From contig JBGCDR010000156.1 of the NCBI GenBank assembly GCA_045105515.1, forward strand, positions 1 through 64,000: 64,000 nt of DNA, written 5' to 3'. Every line of letters begins with the position of its first letter. Within the stretch, counting starts at the first letter, position 1. The stretch comes from Oligoflexales bacterium. GTDB taxonomy: Bacteria > Bdellovibrionota_B > Oligoflexia > Oligoflexales > Bog-1112. This document shows, in pieces, positions 29,711 through 38,621 of this stretch. Under the pieces are notes generated by a model, which had not been told where the DNA came from, did not search any database, and saw only the letters and a list, made by a program, of their open reading frames with translations. Both the position numbers and the translations under genes were made by a program.

Positions 29711-30118
29711 TTAATTGTCTCTAATCTTTTCGTGACAATTCATGCAAGATAATGTCAATTGGATATAGGCCATAGACACCCCTTCTTGGTTTCCTTTTTT
29801 TTGATATTCTGTCATTTTATCGATAGCCTCCCTGAAGTTCGAACTGTATCGCTGAAACACCTCATTGTCGTTTTTGTACCAGGTAGTCGCTACTGCAAGA
29901 TTTTTAAGTTGTTCCAGACTTTTAAGTAGGTTTTTATTATCCCCGATCATTAAGCTCTGGAGGATTAATTGAGTATGGCTTAACTTTTGGAACATTAATG
30001 CTTTCGTAGCCTTCGGTCTTTCAACCTTAGCTGATTTAGCAAAAACCTGTTGATTGTAGGTATGCAAAAAACTCATAAAAACCAAGATTTTGACGGCAAT
30101 GGGAAAAAAAGATTTCAT
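29711..30118 (-). CDS. Monoheme class II (c'-like) cytochrome c
   Basis: Signal peptide, helical body, C-terminal CMNCH heme motif; AAGGGG SD. Confidence 0.8.
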   Translation of the reverse strand: MKSFFPIAVKILVFMSFLHTYNQQVFAKSAKVERPKATKALMFQKLSHTQLILQSLMIGDNKNLLKSLEQLKNLAVATTWYKNDNEVFQRYSSNFREAIDKMTEYQKKGNQEGVSMAYIQLTLSCMNCHEKIRDN

Positions 30119-30273
30119 AGTCTAGCCCCTTCTTAGCTTGGGATTCTCATCTGTTGCTTGCTTTCGCTTACTATAATACCAAATGCTTTTCTTTTGGCTT
30201 AAGAAAATAAGGAACCAATCTTAAAACAACTTTTTCAAAAGATATGCGGGGCAAGACAAATTACGAAAATATC

Positions 30274-30308
30274 AAAAAAACCCTGCCCGATTTAAAGTCG
30301 GGCAGGGT
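30274..30308 (-). terminator. Rho-independent terminator after tRNA-Val
   Basis: ACCCTGCCCGA/TCGGGCAGGGT stem followed by a T-run on the minus strand. Confidence 0.9.
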
Positions 30309-30323
30309 CTTATATACCTGAGG

Positions 30324-30400
30324 TGGTGGGCGCACTAAGATTCGAACTTAGGACCCCTAGCTTGTAAGGCTAGTGCTCTAACCAACTGAGCTATGCGCCC
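30324..30400 (-). tRNA. tRNA-Val (UAC)
   Basis: GGGCGCATAGCTCAGTTGGTTAGAGCA-CTAGC-CTTACAA-GCTAG-GGGTC-CTAAGTTCGAATCTTAG-TGCGCCCACCA; anticodon TAC. Confidence 0.97.
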
Positions 30401-30516
30401 CCAATTGGATTGAGAGGTTTATCCCAATATTCCTTAAAATTGTCAAGAATTTTGGAACCGCCAAGCAGCGATCTAGGTAATCAACTAAATTAATTGAATA
30501 ATTAATTAGCGTACTT

Positions 30517-31581
30517 TTAGTTCATAGCTCTGACGATAGCCTGCTGATAGGGAGCTACAAGTGTCCCCACTTCCGTAATAATACCATCTATCAAATGAGC
30601 AGGTGTGATATCAAAGGCAAAATTTAAGCCTTTACACCCCTTGGGAGCAATATTCTTGCCGTTAATATGAGTAATTTCTTCTCCCGGCCTTTCCTCAATT
30701 GGAATGTCTCCCCCACTTTCCACCTGCGAATCAAAACTACTTAACGGGGCAGCAACGTAAAACTTAATCCCGTGGTACCTTGCTAAAACAGCTAAAGAGT
30801 AGGTTCCAATCTTGTTGGCAGTATCACCATTTGCAGCAATACGATCAGCTCCAACTACTACCCAATCGATCATCCCTAAAGCCATCAAGTAGGCCGCTGC
30901 ACCTTCCACGATAAGGGTATTCTCAATACCTTCCTTCATCAACTCAAACGCCGTTAACCTCGCTCCTTGTAACCAAGGACGCGTTTCGTCGACATAGACT
31001 TGCTGTAAGATGCCAGATTCATGGCAAGCCCTGATAATCCCAATAGCCGTTCCATACCCAGCAGTAGCCAGGCTACCAGTATTGCAATGAGTCAAAATAC
31101 GAAGCGGTCGATTACCTGAAGCTAAAGCCAAACCATGCTGACCAATCTGGCGACAAGTTTGAATATCCTGTTCGAAAATTTCCGTGGCAAGATGTTCAAG
31201 CTCCTTACGGACAATTTCCAAAGGAAGCTCACCTGAAAAAGAATTCCCCATGGCTATAGCTTTTTCTATCACGTAAAAAAGGTTTACAGCTGTTGGCCTA
31301 GTTGCAGCTAGACGATCACAGGCAGCTTTAAAATTCTCTTTATAGTCTTTCCAGTGCAAGCAGACTGAATTCCTTGCGTGTAAAAGTATGCCATAAGCTG
31401 CAGCACAACCTATTGCGGGAGCTCCACGCACAGCCATAGTTTCAATCGCTTCAGCGACCTCTTCTAGTTTTCTACAGTCTAGCCAAATTTCCTGGGTTGG
31501 AAGCTTCCTTTGATCAAGGAGAGACAAGAAGCCTGATCGGTATTTCATTGCAGCAAACAACTGAGTATTCCTTATTACCAA
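30517..31581 (-). CDS. mtnA: S-methyl-5-thioribose-1-phosphate isomerase
   Basis: LLDQRKLP, VRGAPAIG, TRPTAVNL, LTHCNTGSLAT, DETRPWLQGARLT and GADRIAANGDTANKIGT motifs. Confidence 0.96.
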   Translation of the reverse strand: MVIRNTQLFAAMKYRSGFLSLLDQRKLPTQEIWLDCRKLEEVAEAIETMAVRGAPAIGCAAAYGILLHARNSVCLHWKDYKENFKAACDRLAATRPTAVNLFYVIEKAIAMGNSFSGELPLEIVRKELEHLATEIFEQDIQTCRQIGQHGLALASGNRPLRILTHCNTGSLATAGYGTAIGIIRACHESGILQQVYVDETRPWLQGARLTAFELMKEGIENTLIVEGAAAYLMALGMIDWVVVGADRIAANGDTANKIGTYSLAVLARYHGIKFYVAAPLSSFDSQVESGGDIPIEERPGEEITHINGKNIAPKGCKGLNFAFDITPAHLIDGIITEVGTLVAPYQQAIVRAMN

Positions 31582-32594
31582 ACATCATCATCATCCTCTT
31601 TGTCATTATACTCAGTTTCCTTTTTTTGCCCAGTATCATTCTCCGCACCTGGGGGTGCTGGAGGTTTTGGAGTATCAGAGAAATTCCATTCATCTTCCGA
31701 ATCAACATCTGCAGAAGGCGACTCGGAATCTTCATCAAGCTCTAGAAAGGCGTTGCTTAAATTGGGTTCACTTGTAAATACACTTTCATCATCTTTATTA
31801 TCACTTTTTTCTTCGTCTTCTGAAACATCCTTGAGATCATCTTCTGTTAAATGTTCTGATTGAGTGTGATCAGTATAGGACTTGCCTGCTTTAGCATGAC
31901 GAATTAGATAAAATAGTATTAAGAGAATGAGCACGCAGATAGCAATCAAACCAAGTAAAAAAGTCTTTTGAAATCTTACTGGTGCATCCGATCCTAGCTT
32001 AATTGAGGTCATGCTTTCCCAAGCCTTAGTGAGATGTTCACTAGCTTTATCCCCTTCAAAATGTTCTATGACATCTGTGTAGGTCAGAAGATAGCTACGG
32101 GATGAAGAAGAAATAAGGATATGAGCTTGCATCATTCTTTTATGCTCAAGATCGAACTCTGTATAGTAAAGAACACCCTCTCTTCCATCTTCCATCTTAG
32201 TGATCATATGATTACGAACACGGAAATTTTTTACTGATTGAGAGACTTTTGAATACCTCTGAACTATCACCTTCTCAAAGTCTCTACGGGTAATATCATC
32301 TATATATTTAGGACCTTTAAAAGCCATAATTTGAATAGTTCGTTGATAACCTAACCCTTCAGAAAAGGGTACCTGCATCAATAAGCTTAGATTTGGATAA
32401 TCTGCATGAACTTCCCACCCAAGAGGTGGTAAAATGGAAAAACCTTTCTTCTGATTTACATAGCGCTCACCATTTGCGATTATAAAATTTTTACTCTCAG
32501 GTGCTCCAAATACTGTGCCAGTAAAAGCTTGACTTGTAAGCAGAACAAGAAAAAAGAAAACCCGAGTGTTGTAACTAGCCTCAAACATGTGCAC
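31575..32594 (-). CDS. Single-pass membrane protein: periplasmic PsbP/DcrB-like domain and acidic C-terminal tail
   Basis: Signal peptide; YVNQKKGFSILPPLGWEV; TM LLGLIAICVLILLILFYLI; D/E-rich tail ending DDDDVW; overlaps the mtnA start. Confidence 0.65.
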   Translation of the reverse strand: MHMFEASYNTRVFFFLVLLTSQAFTGTVFGAPESKNFIIANGERYVNQKKGFSILPPLGWEVHADYPNLSLLMQVPFSEGLGYQRTIQIMAFKGPKYIDDITRRDFEKVIVQRYSKVSQSVKNFRVRNHMITKMEDGREGVLYYTEFDLEHKRMMQAHILISSSSRSYLLTYTDVIEHFEGDKASEHLTKAWESMTSIKLGSDAPVRFQKTFLLGLIAICVLILLILFYLIRHAKAGKSYTDHTQSEHLTEDDLKDVSEDEEKSDNKDDESVFTSEPNLSNAFLELDEDSESPSADVDSEDEWNFSDTPKPPAPPGAENDTGQKKETEYNDKEDDDDVW

Positions 32595-32605
32595 ACCTAA
32601 GTTGC

Positions 32606-34066
32606 TTAAGATGTCTTTCCATAAACTGCCGATAGATCTTGTTCAATTTCCATGGACCCCCATTCTTTAATGGACTCACGAATAGCATCAAAAGCCAACT
32701 CATCCAATTCAAAGACTCCAAACCGAGTAGGATCATCCATGCGTTTTTTGCTACGCCGATCTTTGGACTGCAAAGGCATCTGACCTAGCAATATAGGAAA
32801 ATCAAATCTCTTTACTAAATTTAATGCGACTTGAGACCCTTCATATGGGTGCCATACAGGGTCCATAGCAACCTGATAAACAGCTTTCAGTCGCCAAGTA
32901 TCGTCATGAATGGGATCATCAACCACAAAGAACACTAAATCAAAGTGACTTAACCTAGTGCTCATTGGCCTGAATAAAACTTGAACCTCATCCTCTGAAG
33001 CACTAGCAAGTTCGAAGGCTCTTCGCTGTGATTGATTCACCAACCAAAATTTATGCTGGACAGTAGAAGCTTCAATAGCTTCTTGCCGGCTCTCAATTTT
33101 GCTCGTTTTTTCTTGCTCTAACTTTTTGTAGAAAACTTCACTTATCGGAAATCCTGATTTCCGATAAGATTCAACAGCCATTTTATAGAATGTACTTGCC
33201 TTTTCCCAATGAAACGAAAATGCGTCATCTTCAGATTTAATAAAGTGGCAGTAAGCTAACTCTGCTAGTACATCTGGATCTTTTGGTTCAAGCGTGTTCA
33301 CATGTTGAAAGCTTTTAATCGCTCCTTTATAATCTTTCAAATTTCTAAGCACATATCCATTTAAATAGGAATATTCGCAATTATTCGGAAATCTCGATTT
33401 CAACTGGTTCGTGTATGTCTTTGCTTCCGCTACTCGATAATCGTCAAGATATAAATAAGCGAAAAATTCATCATGCATAGGTGATTCAGGAAAGAGTTTA
33501 CTGGAATATTTTAGAATAGAAACCAACTCATCTTCACCTTCACATAACAAATAAGCCCTAGCTAGATTGAGCCAATGAAAATAATCATTGAGCTCTTGTT
33601 CGGAGTGCTCAAGATTAAGGTAATATCCTTCTTCTTCTGAGGTAATACGCAGTTGATACCTTTGGATAAACTCTAAACTATAAGGGCATTCAAAGTGTTT
33701 ATCAAGGCATAGAGCAAGAAGCTCGCACGCTTCCCACTCGTCTAACTCTAGATGAACAAGAGCTCGTAACGCTTGCCAAGAAACTTGCTCCTCTTCCTCA
33801 AATCCTCTTTTTAAAAGATGAGCTTTCAGTAGTTTTAATGAATCATAATCCTTCTGCTCACTCAAAACTTCAATCCAAAGCCTATACCACAGAAAAACAT
33901 TGGGGTTTTCCCAATCTTCTGCAAGGAAAGAAGTTACATAATCCAAACACTGACTGTATTCTTGATTCCATAGCAACTGTAAACCTTCCTGATACCTACA
34001 AAACTGCTCATCCTCAAGCAAATACAAACTCGGCTGTTTTTTGAGTAAGTTCAAAACGTCTATCAT
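32606..34066 (-). CDS. TPR-repeat protein with C-terminal EVE/PUA-like domain
   Basis: TPR (YLNGYVLRNLKDYKGAIKSFQHVNTLEPKD); C-terminal KFWLVN...FDLVFFV...AVYQVAMDP...VKRFDFPILL...VFELDELAFDAI. Start refined to ATG 34066 (AGGA SD). Confidence 0.7.
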   Translation of the reverse strand: MIDVLNLLKKQPSLYLLEDEQFCRYQEGLQLLWNQEYSQCLDYVTSFLAEDWENPNVFLWYRLWIEVLSEQKDYDSLKLLKAHLLKRGFEEEEQVSWQALRALVHLELDEWEACELLALCLDKHFECPYSLEFIQRYQLRITSEEEGYYLNLEHSEQELNDYFHWLNLARAYLLCEGEDELVSILKYSSKLFPESPMHDEFFAYLYLDDYRVAEAKTYTNQLKSRFPNNCEYSYLNGYVLRNLKDYKGAIKSFQHVNTLEPKDPDVLAELAYCHFIKSEDDAFSFHWEKASTFYKMAVESYRKSGFPISEVFYKKLEQEKTSKIESRQEAIEASTVQHKFWLVNQSQRRAFELASASEDEVQVLFRPMSTRLSHFDLVFFVVDDPIHDDTWRLKAVYQVAMDPVWHPYEGSQVALNLVKRFDFPILLGQMPLQSKDRRSKKRMDDPTRFGVFELDELAFDAIRESIKEWGSMEIEQDLSAVYGKTS

Positions 34067-34104
34067 AATGAGATTCCTATGAGCAAAGCGTGCATTTACC
34101 CAAA

Positions 34105-34132
34105 CCATCGGATTAAAAAAAACAAATCTTTA
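34105..34132 (-). promoter_or_regulatory. Candidate sigma28 (FliA) promoter
   Basis: TAAAG-N15-TCCGATGG about 39 nt upstream of ATG 34066. Confidence 0.55.
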
Positions 34133-34328
34133 TTAAGAATTAGGGAAAAATTTACCTAGGGAAGACCGTCAATTGGAAAGTGTGGAAATTAGTATACAAA
34201 ATAAGGAAAAAAACGGACGGATCGCCGATTTGAAGAACGACAGCTCAAGACGTGAAAGCGTAGGCTATTCAATATTTGAACTATTATTTAAAGCTTAGTT
34301 GACTACAGTTGGTAAACACGAAGTAAGA

Positions 34329-34682
34329 TTAACTCGCTAAATTGCTCAACTGCTGCTTGATACGTGCAACTTCATCACTTTGTTGCTGCATTGCCCGCTC
34401 AATCTCATCAGTGCGATCGATCAGGATATCTCTCATCTCTTCGTAGCAGTCACCACATATCGGTTGATCTACTGCGGACGGATTAATTTCATTCCATAAG
34501 AGCAATACCGTCCAAGCTTGTTCACTAAACTGTCTTCGTGAACACCTTGATTCTGCATTACAGTTATGACAGGTTCCTAAAACACTTTTTCCTTGTGATT
34601 TGGCTTCGGATTGTACGTCATTTGCCAAAACACTTTTTGAAGCATTTTTAGACTTTTCCCTTTTTGCGGCAGCTGTTCCCAT
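34329..34682 (-). CDS. Small Zn-finger (CxxC...CxxC) protein with C-terminal helix
   Basis: CHNC...ICGDCYEEMRDIL. Start refined to ATG 34682 behind an AAGGGG SD. Confidence 0.75.
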   Translation of the reverse strand: MGTAAAKREKSKNASKSVLANDVQSEAKSQGKSVLGTCHNCNAESRCSRRQFSEQAWTVLLLWNEINPSAVDQPICGDCYEEMRDILIDRTDEIERAMQQQSDEVARIKQQLSNLAS

Positions 34683-34762
34683 TTGATTACCCCTTTGTGT
34701 TAACCCAACCGTTCTTAGGTCCATGCCTCTAATCCCTGCCATCTTTCTGCATATGAATCCCC

Positions 34763-34789
34763 TTATCGGAGACTACACCACCACCTTTA
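34763..34789 (-). promoter_or_regulatory. Near-consensus sigma28 (FliA) promoter
   Basis: TAAAG-GTGGTGGTGTAGTC(N14)-TCCGATAA; one mismatch to TAAAG-N14-GCCGATAA. Confidence 0.75.
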
Positions 34790-34987
34790 GCCATGCCAAA
34801 ATAGCACATAAAAACAGTGGTATAGATACCAGGTTTTATTACAAGCACCTGTAGCATTCCAGTAGGAATTCTACGAACTACTCTTCTAATTTTCACAAAT
34901 AAGCTCAAACCCATTTTCCACAAACTGAGAGGTATGTCAATTTTTTTTTCAGCCTTCCCCTCAAATTCTGATTCAAAAAATCAGTGG

Positions 34988-35012
34988 TGAACTCGACAAC
35001 TTGTCGGGTTCA
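34988..35012 (-). terminator. Hairpin downstream of the large TPR gene
   Basis: TGAACCCGACAA-G-TTGTCGAGTTCA stem, with a T6 run a few nt downstream. Confidence 0.5.
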
Positions 35013-35051
35013 AAAAGAGAAAATCAAAAATTAGGTGATAATAATATAAAT

Positions 35052-37358
35052 TCAATTAGCCTTGAGGTAAGTTTCGCCGTTGAAATAATATTTAAGAAGC
35101 TCTTGCTTAATGTGGTGAGCCCTGAGGCTCTTGCTCTTCGCAGTTAATAAAGGCTTCCAGATGGTCTTAGCTTTACGAACTGAACCATTACGATAATGAA
35201 GTAAACCAGACAGATATTTTGCTTCGAATGAATGATTGTCGCTCGGTAGTTTTTCCAGATAGTATTGGGCTTTTTGTACCATCCCAAGCTTAAGGTAGGC
35301 ATGTGACATGATTACCAAGCTCTTTGGACTTACCTCTCCTTCCATTTCATTGACGACTTTCAGAAATTCAACCCCTTTCTGGAGGTTACTATTTCGCCAA
35401 ACATAGCAATCAGCAAGCTCCACATAAACCGCATTTCTAACATCCTCATCCAGTCCTCCAAGGCTTAGCACCTGCTCGAACCACATGCTGGCGGTTTCTA
35501 GTTGCCACAGCTCCTTACTTAACACTCCCAAGCCCCAATATATCCATGGGCTATCAAAGTTAGTATTTAAGAGCCTTAAAAGGTCATGACAACCGTTGCT
35601 AGCATCAAATTTACTGGCAAATCGAACAAAATAACGGATTGATTTTTCCTTGCTCCCTTCATAAAGTAAAAATAACTTATTTCGTGAATAAACTATATCC
35701 AGTTGATGTTCTTCGAGGAAAAATTTAGTATTTTTAAAAAATTCTTCCCATTCTTTAGGATCATCATCGGTTGAACTCAATTTTTCGAGTACAGTATCAA
35801 TCAATTCGTTTCTGCCAGGATATTTAATATTTATATTCCATATAATCTCGTATGCAAGATAAGACACATTCCAAGGATCAAATTTTAATATTTTTCGCAA
35901 ATATACAATTGCCTGTTCGAAGTCATTAGCCTTAGCAAACTGAAGGGATTTTACCCAGCATAGCTCACAAAAATAGTTAGTTTGACTTTGCTCATCAAAG
36001 CTAAGACTATCAATGATTCGCTTAGATTCATCAACCTCTCCTTGCTCTACTAAAAATGATGCAAACTTCAGAATAGTAAGCTTATTTTTCTGATCAAGTT
36101 CATACATTCTGCGAAAGTGAAGTCCTGCCTTTTCGAAATTTGTAAGATTATAATATACTTCGCCCAAATAGCCGTGTACTTCTGGATCCTCATTATATTT
36201 TGCTAGCAAATGATAAAGTAGAGCCAAAAGTTCTACATGATCACCTTCTTGATCAAGTATCTTTTTTATACGTTCCTTTTCTAAAATATATTCTTCTACT
36301 GGTACTTTGGCAATTTTAAGATTTGTAACTAGTCGACAGAATCGAATATCTGCTACTTCGGGGTTTTGCTCATAAGCATCGTCAAATAATTCTTTAGCTA
36401 ATCTATATTCTCCCATTGATAAAAATTGATTGCCAATTTTTTGAACCATTTCAGGTTTATCACCAGCGATTCTTAAAATCTGTTTATAGACTTTAAATGC
36501 AAGGGGAAAATCGGAAAACTCTTCTAGTGACTTCGCTATGAAATACAATGCTTCTTCTCTAATATCAGGGTCTTCAAGAATTTGTATGGTCTGGAATTCA
36601 GCGTTCTGTCTACAAGAGTTTTCTTTTATGGGATCTTTAGACTTTTTAGCTATTTCAGCAAGCATTAGGTTTTCGTATATTTGAATCTCAACAGGGCACA
36701 CTCCTTTGTTTTCAACCCACCAATCTGACAAACTTTTTATTGCCGATTCAGCTTCTTCATACTCCTGTTTATCAGTAAACTCTTCACTAAGTTTCTTATG
36801 AGTATAAAAATTTCCGTATAAGTTATATGGAGCAAATTTTTCAAACATATAGAAGAAATAGTCACCATTTTTTTGATCCTGATTTCGATAGGAAACTTGA
36901 CTTAGTCCGAAATAAGATGGATACCAATCTGGGTCAAGCTGTAAACTCTGCTTATAACTATATATCGCCCGTTCATAGTTATCCAAAACATCAAGAGAAT
37001 AGCCTACACCATAGTAGGCTGCAGCGGACTCACCATAGATTTCCATTATTTCGGAAAATCTTTGAACTGACTCAGCTGGACTTACTAGCTCTCCCTGCTG
37101 GTCAATCAATGCCAAGCATAATGATCCGACCTCTTCTGACAAATCTCCTTGTTCAACGCTTAATGAATATTGTTTTTTCAAATTTTCTACTTCATTTAAT
37201 TTAGAAGCTAACTCAATACGTCGTAGGTGTACTAGTAAGGATAAACTCCCAGGCTTACTTGCAATTAAATTATCAAGTAATCTCGATGATATTTGATACT
37301 TTTTTACAAAAATGTATTTATTGATGTCTTCCAAACTCTGTTTAAGATTTTTATCCAT
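35052..37358 (-). CDS. Large cytoplasmic TPR-repeat protein
   Basis: 768 aa; multiple TPRs (AYYGVGYSLDVLDNYERAIYSYKQSLQLDP; VHGYLGEVYYNLTNFEKAGLHF); no signal peptide. Confidence 0.85.
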   Translation of the reverse strand: MDKNLKQSLEDINKYIFVKKYQISSRLLDNLIASKPGSLSLLVHLRRIELASKLNEVENLKKQYSLSVEQGDLSEEVGSLCLALIDQQGELVSPAESVQRFSEIMEIYGESAAAYYGVGYSLDVLDNYERAIYSYKQSLQLDPDWYPSYFGLSQVSYRNQDQKNGDYFFYMFEKFAPYNLYGNFYTHKKLSEEFTDKQEYEEAESAIKSLSDWWVENKGVCPVEIQIYENLMLAEIAKKSKDPIKENSCRQNAEFQTIQILEDPDIREEALYFIAKSLEEFSDFPLAFKVYKQILRIAGDKPEMVQKIGNQFLSMGEYRLAKELFDDAYEQNPEVADIRFCRLVTNLKIAKVPVEEYILEKERIKKILDQEGDHVELLALLYHLLAKYNEDPEVHGYLGEVYYNLTNFEKAGLHFRRMYELDQKNKLTILKFASFLVEQGEVDESKRIIDSLSFDEQSQTNYFCELCWVKSLQFAKANDFEQAIVYLRKILKFDPWNVSYLAYEIIWNINIKYPGRNELIDTVLEKLSSTDDDPKEWEEFFKNTKFFLEEHQLDIVYSRNKLFLLYEGSKEKSIRYFVRFASKFDASNGCHDLLRLLNTNFDSPWIYWGLGVLSKELWQLETASMWFEQVLSLGGLDEDVRNAVYVELADCYVWRNSNLQKGVEFLKVVNEMEGEVSPKSLVIMSHAYLKLGMVQKAQYYLEKLPSDNHSFEAKYLSGLLHYRNGSVRKAKTIWKPLLTAKSKSLRAHHIKQELLKYYFNGETYLKAN

Positions 37359-37429
37359 GACCTACAACCTGCAATAAGCATAAAATTTTATCGCTAGCTT
37401 CTCACTTTGCTAGCTTCGAACTCTCCCAA

Positions 37430-37456
37430 CCATCGTCCGGTAATTGCAAGACTAAA
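37430..37456 (-). promoter_or_regulatory. Candidate sigma28 (FliA) promoter
   Basis: TTTAG-N14-GACGATGG about 72 nt upstream of ATG 37358. Confidence 0.35.
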
Positions 37457-37652
37457 ACATATATTTATTTTTATTTTATAATTTTCTATATTTCAAGGTA
37501 GTTAGACTAAAAAGAAATTTAAATTTTAACAATAATAATAAGAAACTAGACAGCGGGATGTAAACACCGTAATCATTTTGAAATTGAATCACGAGTTCTC
37601 ATATCTTCGTGATTCAATTACAGATATTTCATTACTAACTCAGACCCTAGCA

Positions 37653-38555
37653 TCAATCGTAAAGTGCATCCCAGAATATAGCAAAGGGGCCCACGGAGGG
37701 ATTTCCTGTATACTTTCCCGTTCCAAACAAAAAATTATCTTCTTTAGTATCTACAATATCAACATTAACATTAAGCTCACTCACTAGATTGTCATCCAAA
37801 TCTTTGAGGAATGATGCCGCACCAGAATCGTCTCCCATACGCACAAATGAAAAGGCAGCTAGTGTTTCCCGCCCATAGGATTCAAGACTATGATCCTTTA
37901 TTATCTTTTTGAAGAATTTTTTAACTCTACCAGAGTCGTCTGGAGCACCATCGGTCAATACTAAAACGGTAAAAGGCTCAGACTTTTTCAACAAGCTTTT
38001 TAGACGACGCTTGTACACATCTTCCAAAACTTCTGCTAGCGGTGTTCCTCCAGAGGGGGAATTTTTTGAAAAAAGCTTAGATATACCATTTACATCTCCA
38101 ATCAACTCTGTCTTAAATCCGATTCCACTCCACAGGGTCACCTCTACCTTGTTGTCAATATCAAAGCATAATGCAAGTTCAACAATGCTCTCGGCTGCAA
38201 CTCTCGCTGAATCCCAGCGGGTCCAGCTGGGACTTCTTCTACCTGTAGGATTGTCATCATTGCTACCCATGGACCCACTCCGATCCACAAGAATAAATAT
38301 CTCCCTTGCCGATAATGCTGCTAACCTTTCTTGATCATTTCTCGCTTTTTGGGGATCAGCAACGACTTCTACAAAGTGATCATTGCTCATTTTTTTTTGT
38401 GAACCAATAACCTCTGTAGACAAATCCTCAAGATCTGACGCACGCATCTTACCATTTTGGGTTTTACCATATTTGGTTTTTATAGGTTTTGCTAAACTTA
38501 TCCCAGTCATAAGAATAAGGCTAATAAAAAATATAGAATTTTTGATTTTAGGCAT
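37653..38555 (-). CDS. Secreted vWA-domain protein (paralogue 2)
   Basis: Signal peptide ending SLA; MIDAS DRSGS...GGTPL...LTDG; GGAG SD. Confidence 0.9.
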   Translation of the reverse strand: MPKIKNSIFFISLILMTGISLAKPIKTKYGKTQNGKMRASDLEDLSTEVIGSQKKMSNDHFVEVVADPQKARNDQERLAALSAREIFILVDRSGSMGSNDDNPTGRRSPSWTRWDSARVAAESIVELALCFDIDNKVEVTLWSGIGFKTELIGDVNGISKLFSKNSPSGGTPLAEVLEDVYKRRLKSLLKKSEPFTVLVLTDGAPDDSGRVKKFFKKIIKDHSLESYGRETLAAFSFVRMGDDSGAASFLKDLDDNLVSELNVNVDIVDTKEDNFLFGTGKYTGNPSVGPFAIFWDALYD

Positions 38556-38564
38556 AAAAACTCC

Positions 38565-38591
38565 AAAAAAAAATCCTCCTATAAAAGAGGA
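38565..38591 (-). terminator. Rho-independent terminator between the vWA paralogues
   Basis: TCCTCTT-TTAT-AGGAGGA followed by T9, directly before the SD of paralogue 2. Confidence 0.7.
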
Positions 38592-38621
38592 CTTTTCAAT
38601 CTTGTTACGTGAAATTATTAA

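Noticed and set aside
30324..30400. Integrative element at tRNA-Val or tRNA-Ala
   Set aside because: No duplicated tRNA 3' end and no integrase were found; the native terminator directly follows tRNA-Val.
30517..31581. eIF2B-like translation factor
   Set aside because: All MtnA signature motifs, including the catalytic HCN and GAD, are present.
34067..34108. Longer N-terminus given by the ORF track (likewise 3987, 17473, 34742, 39599, 59201, 62193)
   Set aside because: Downstream ATGs have better SD sequences, signal peptides or family-typical starts; 34108 also lies within a promoter-like box.
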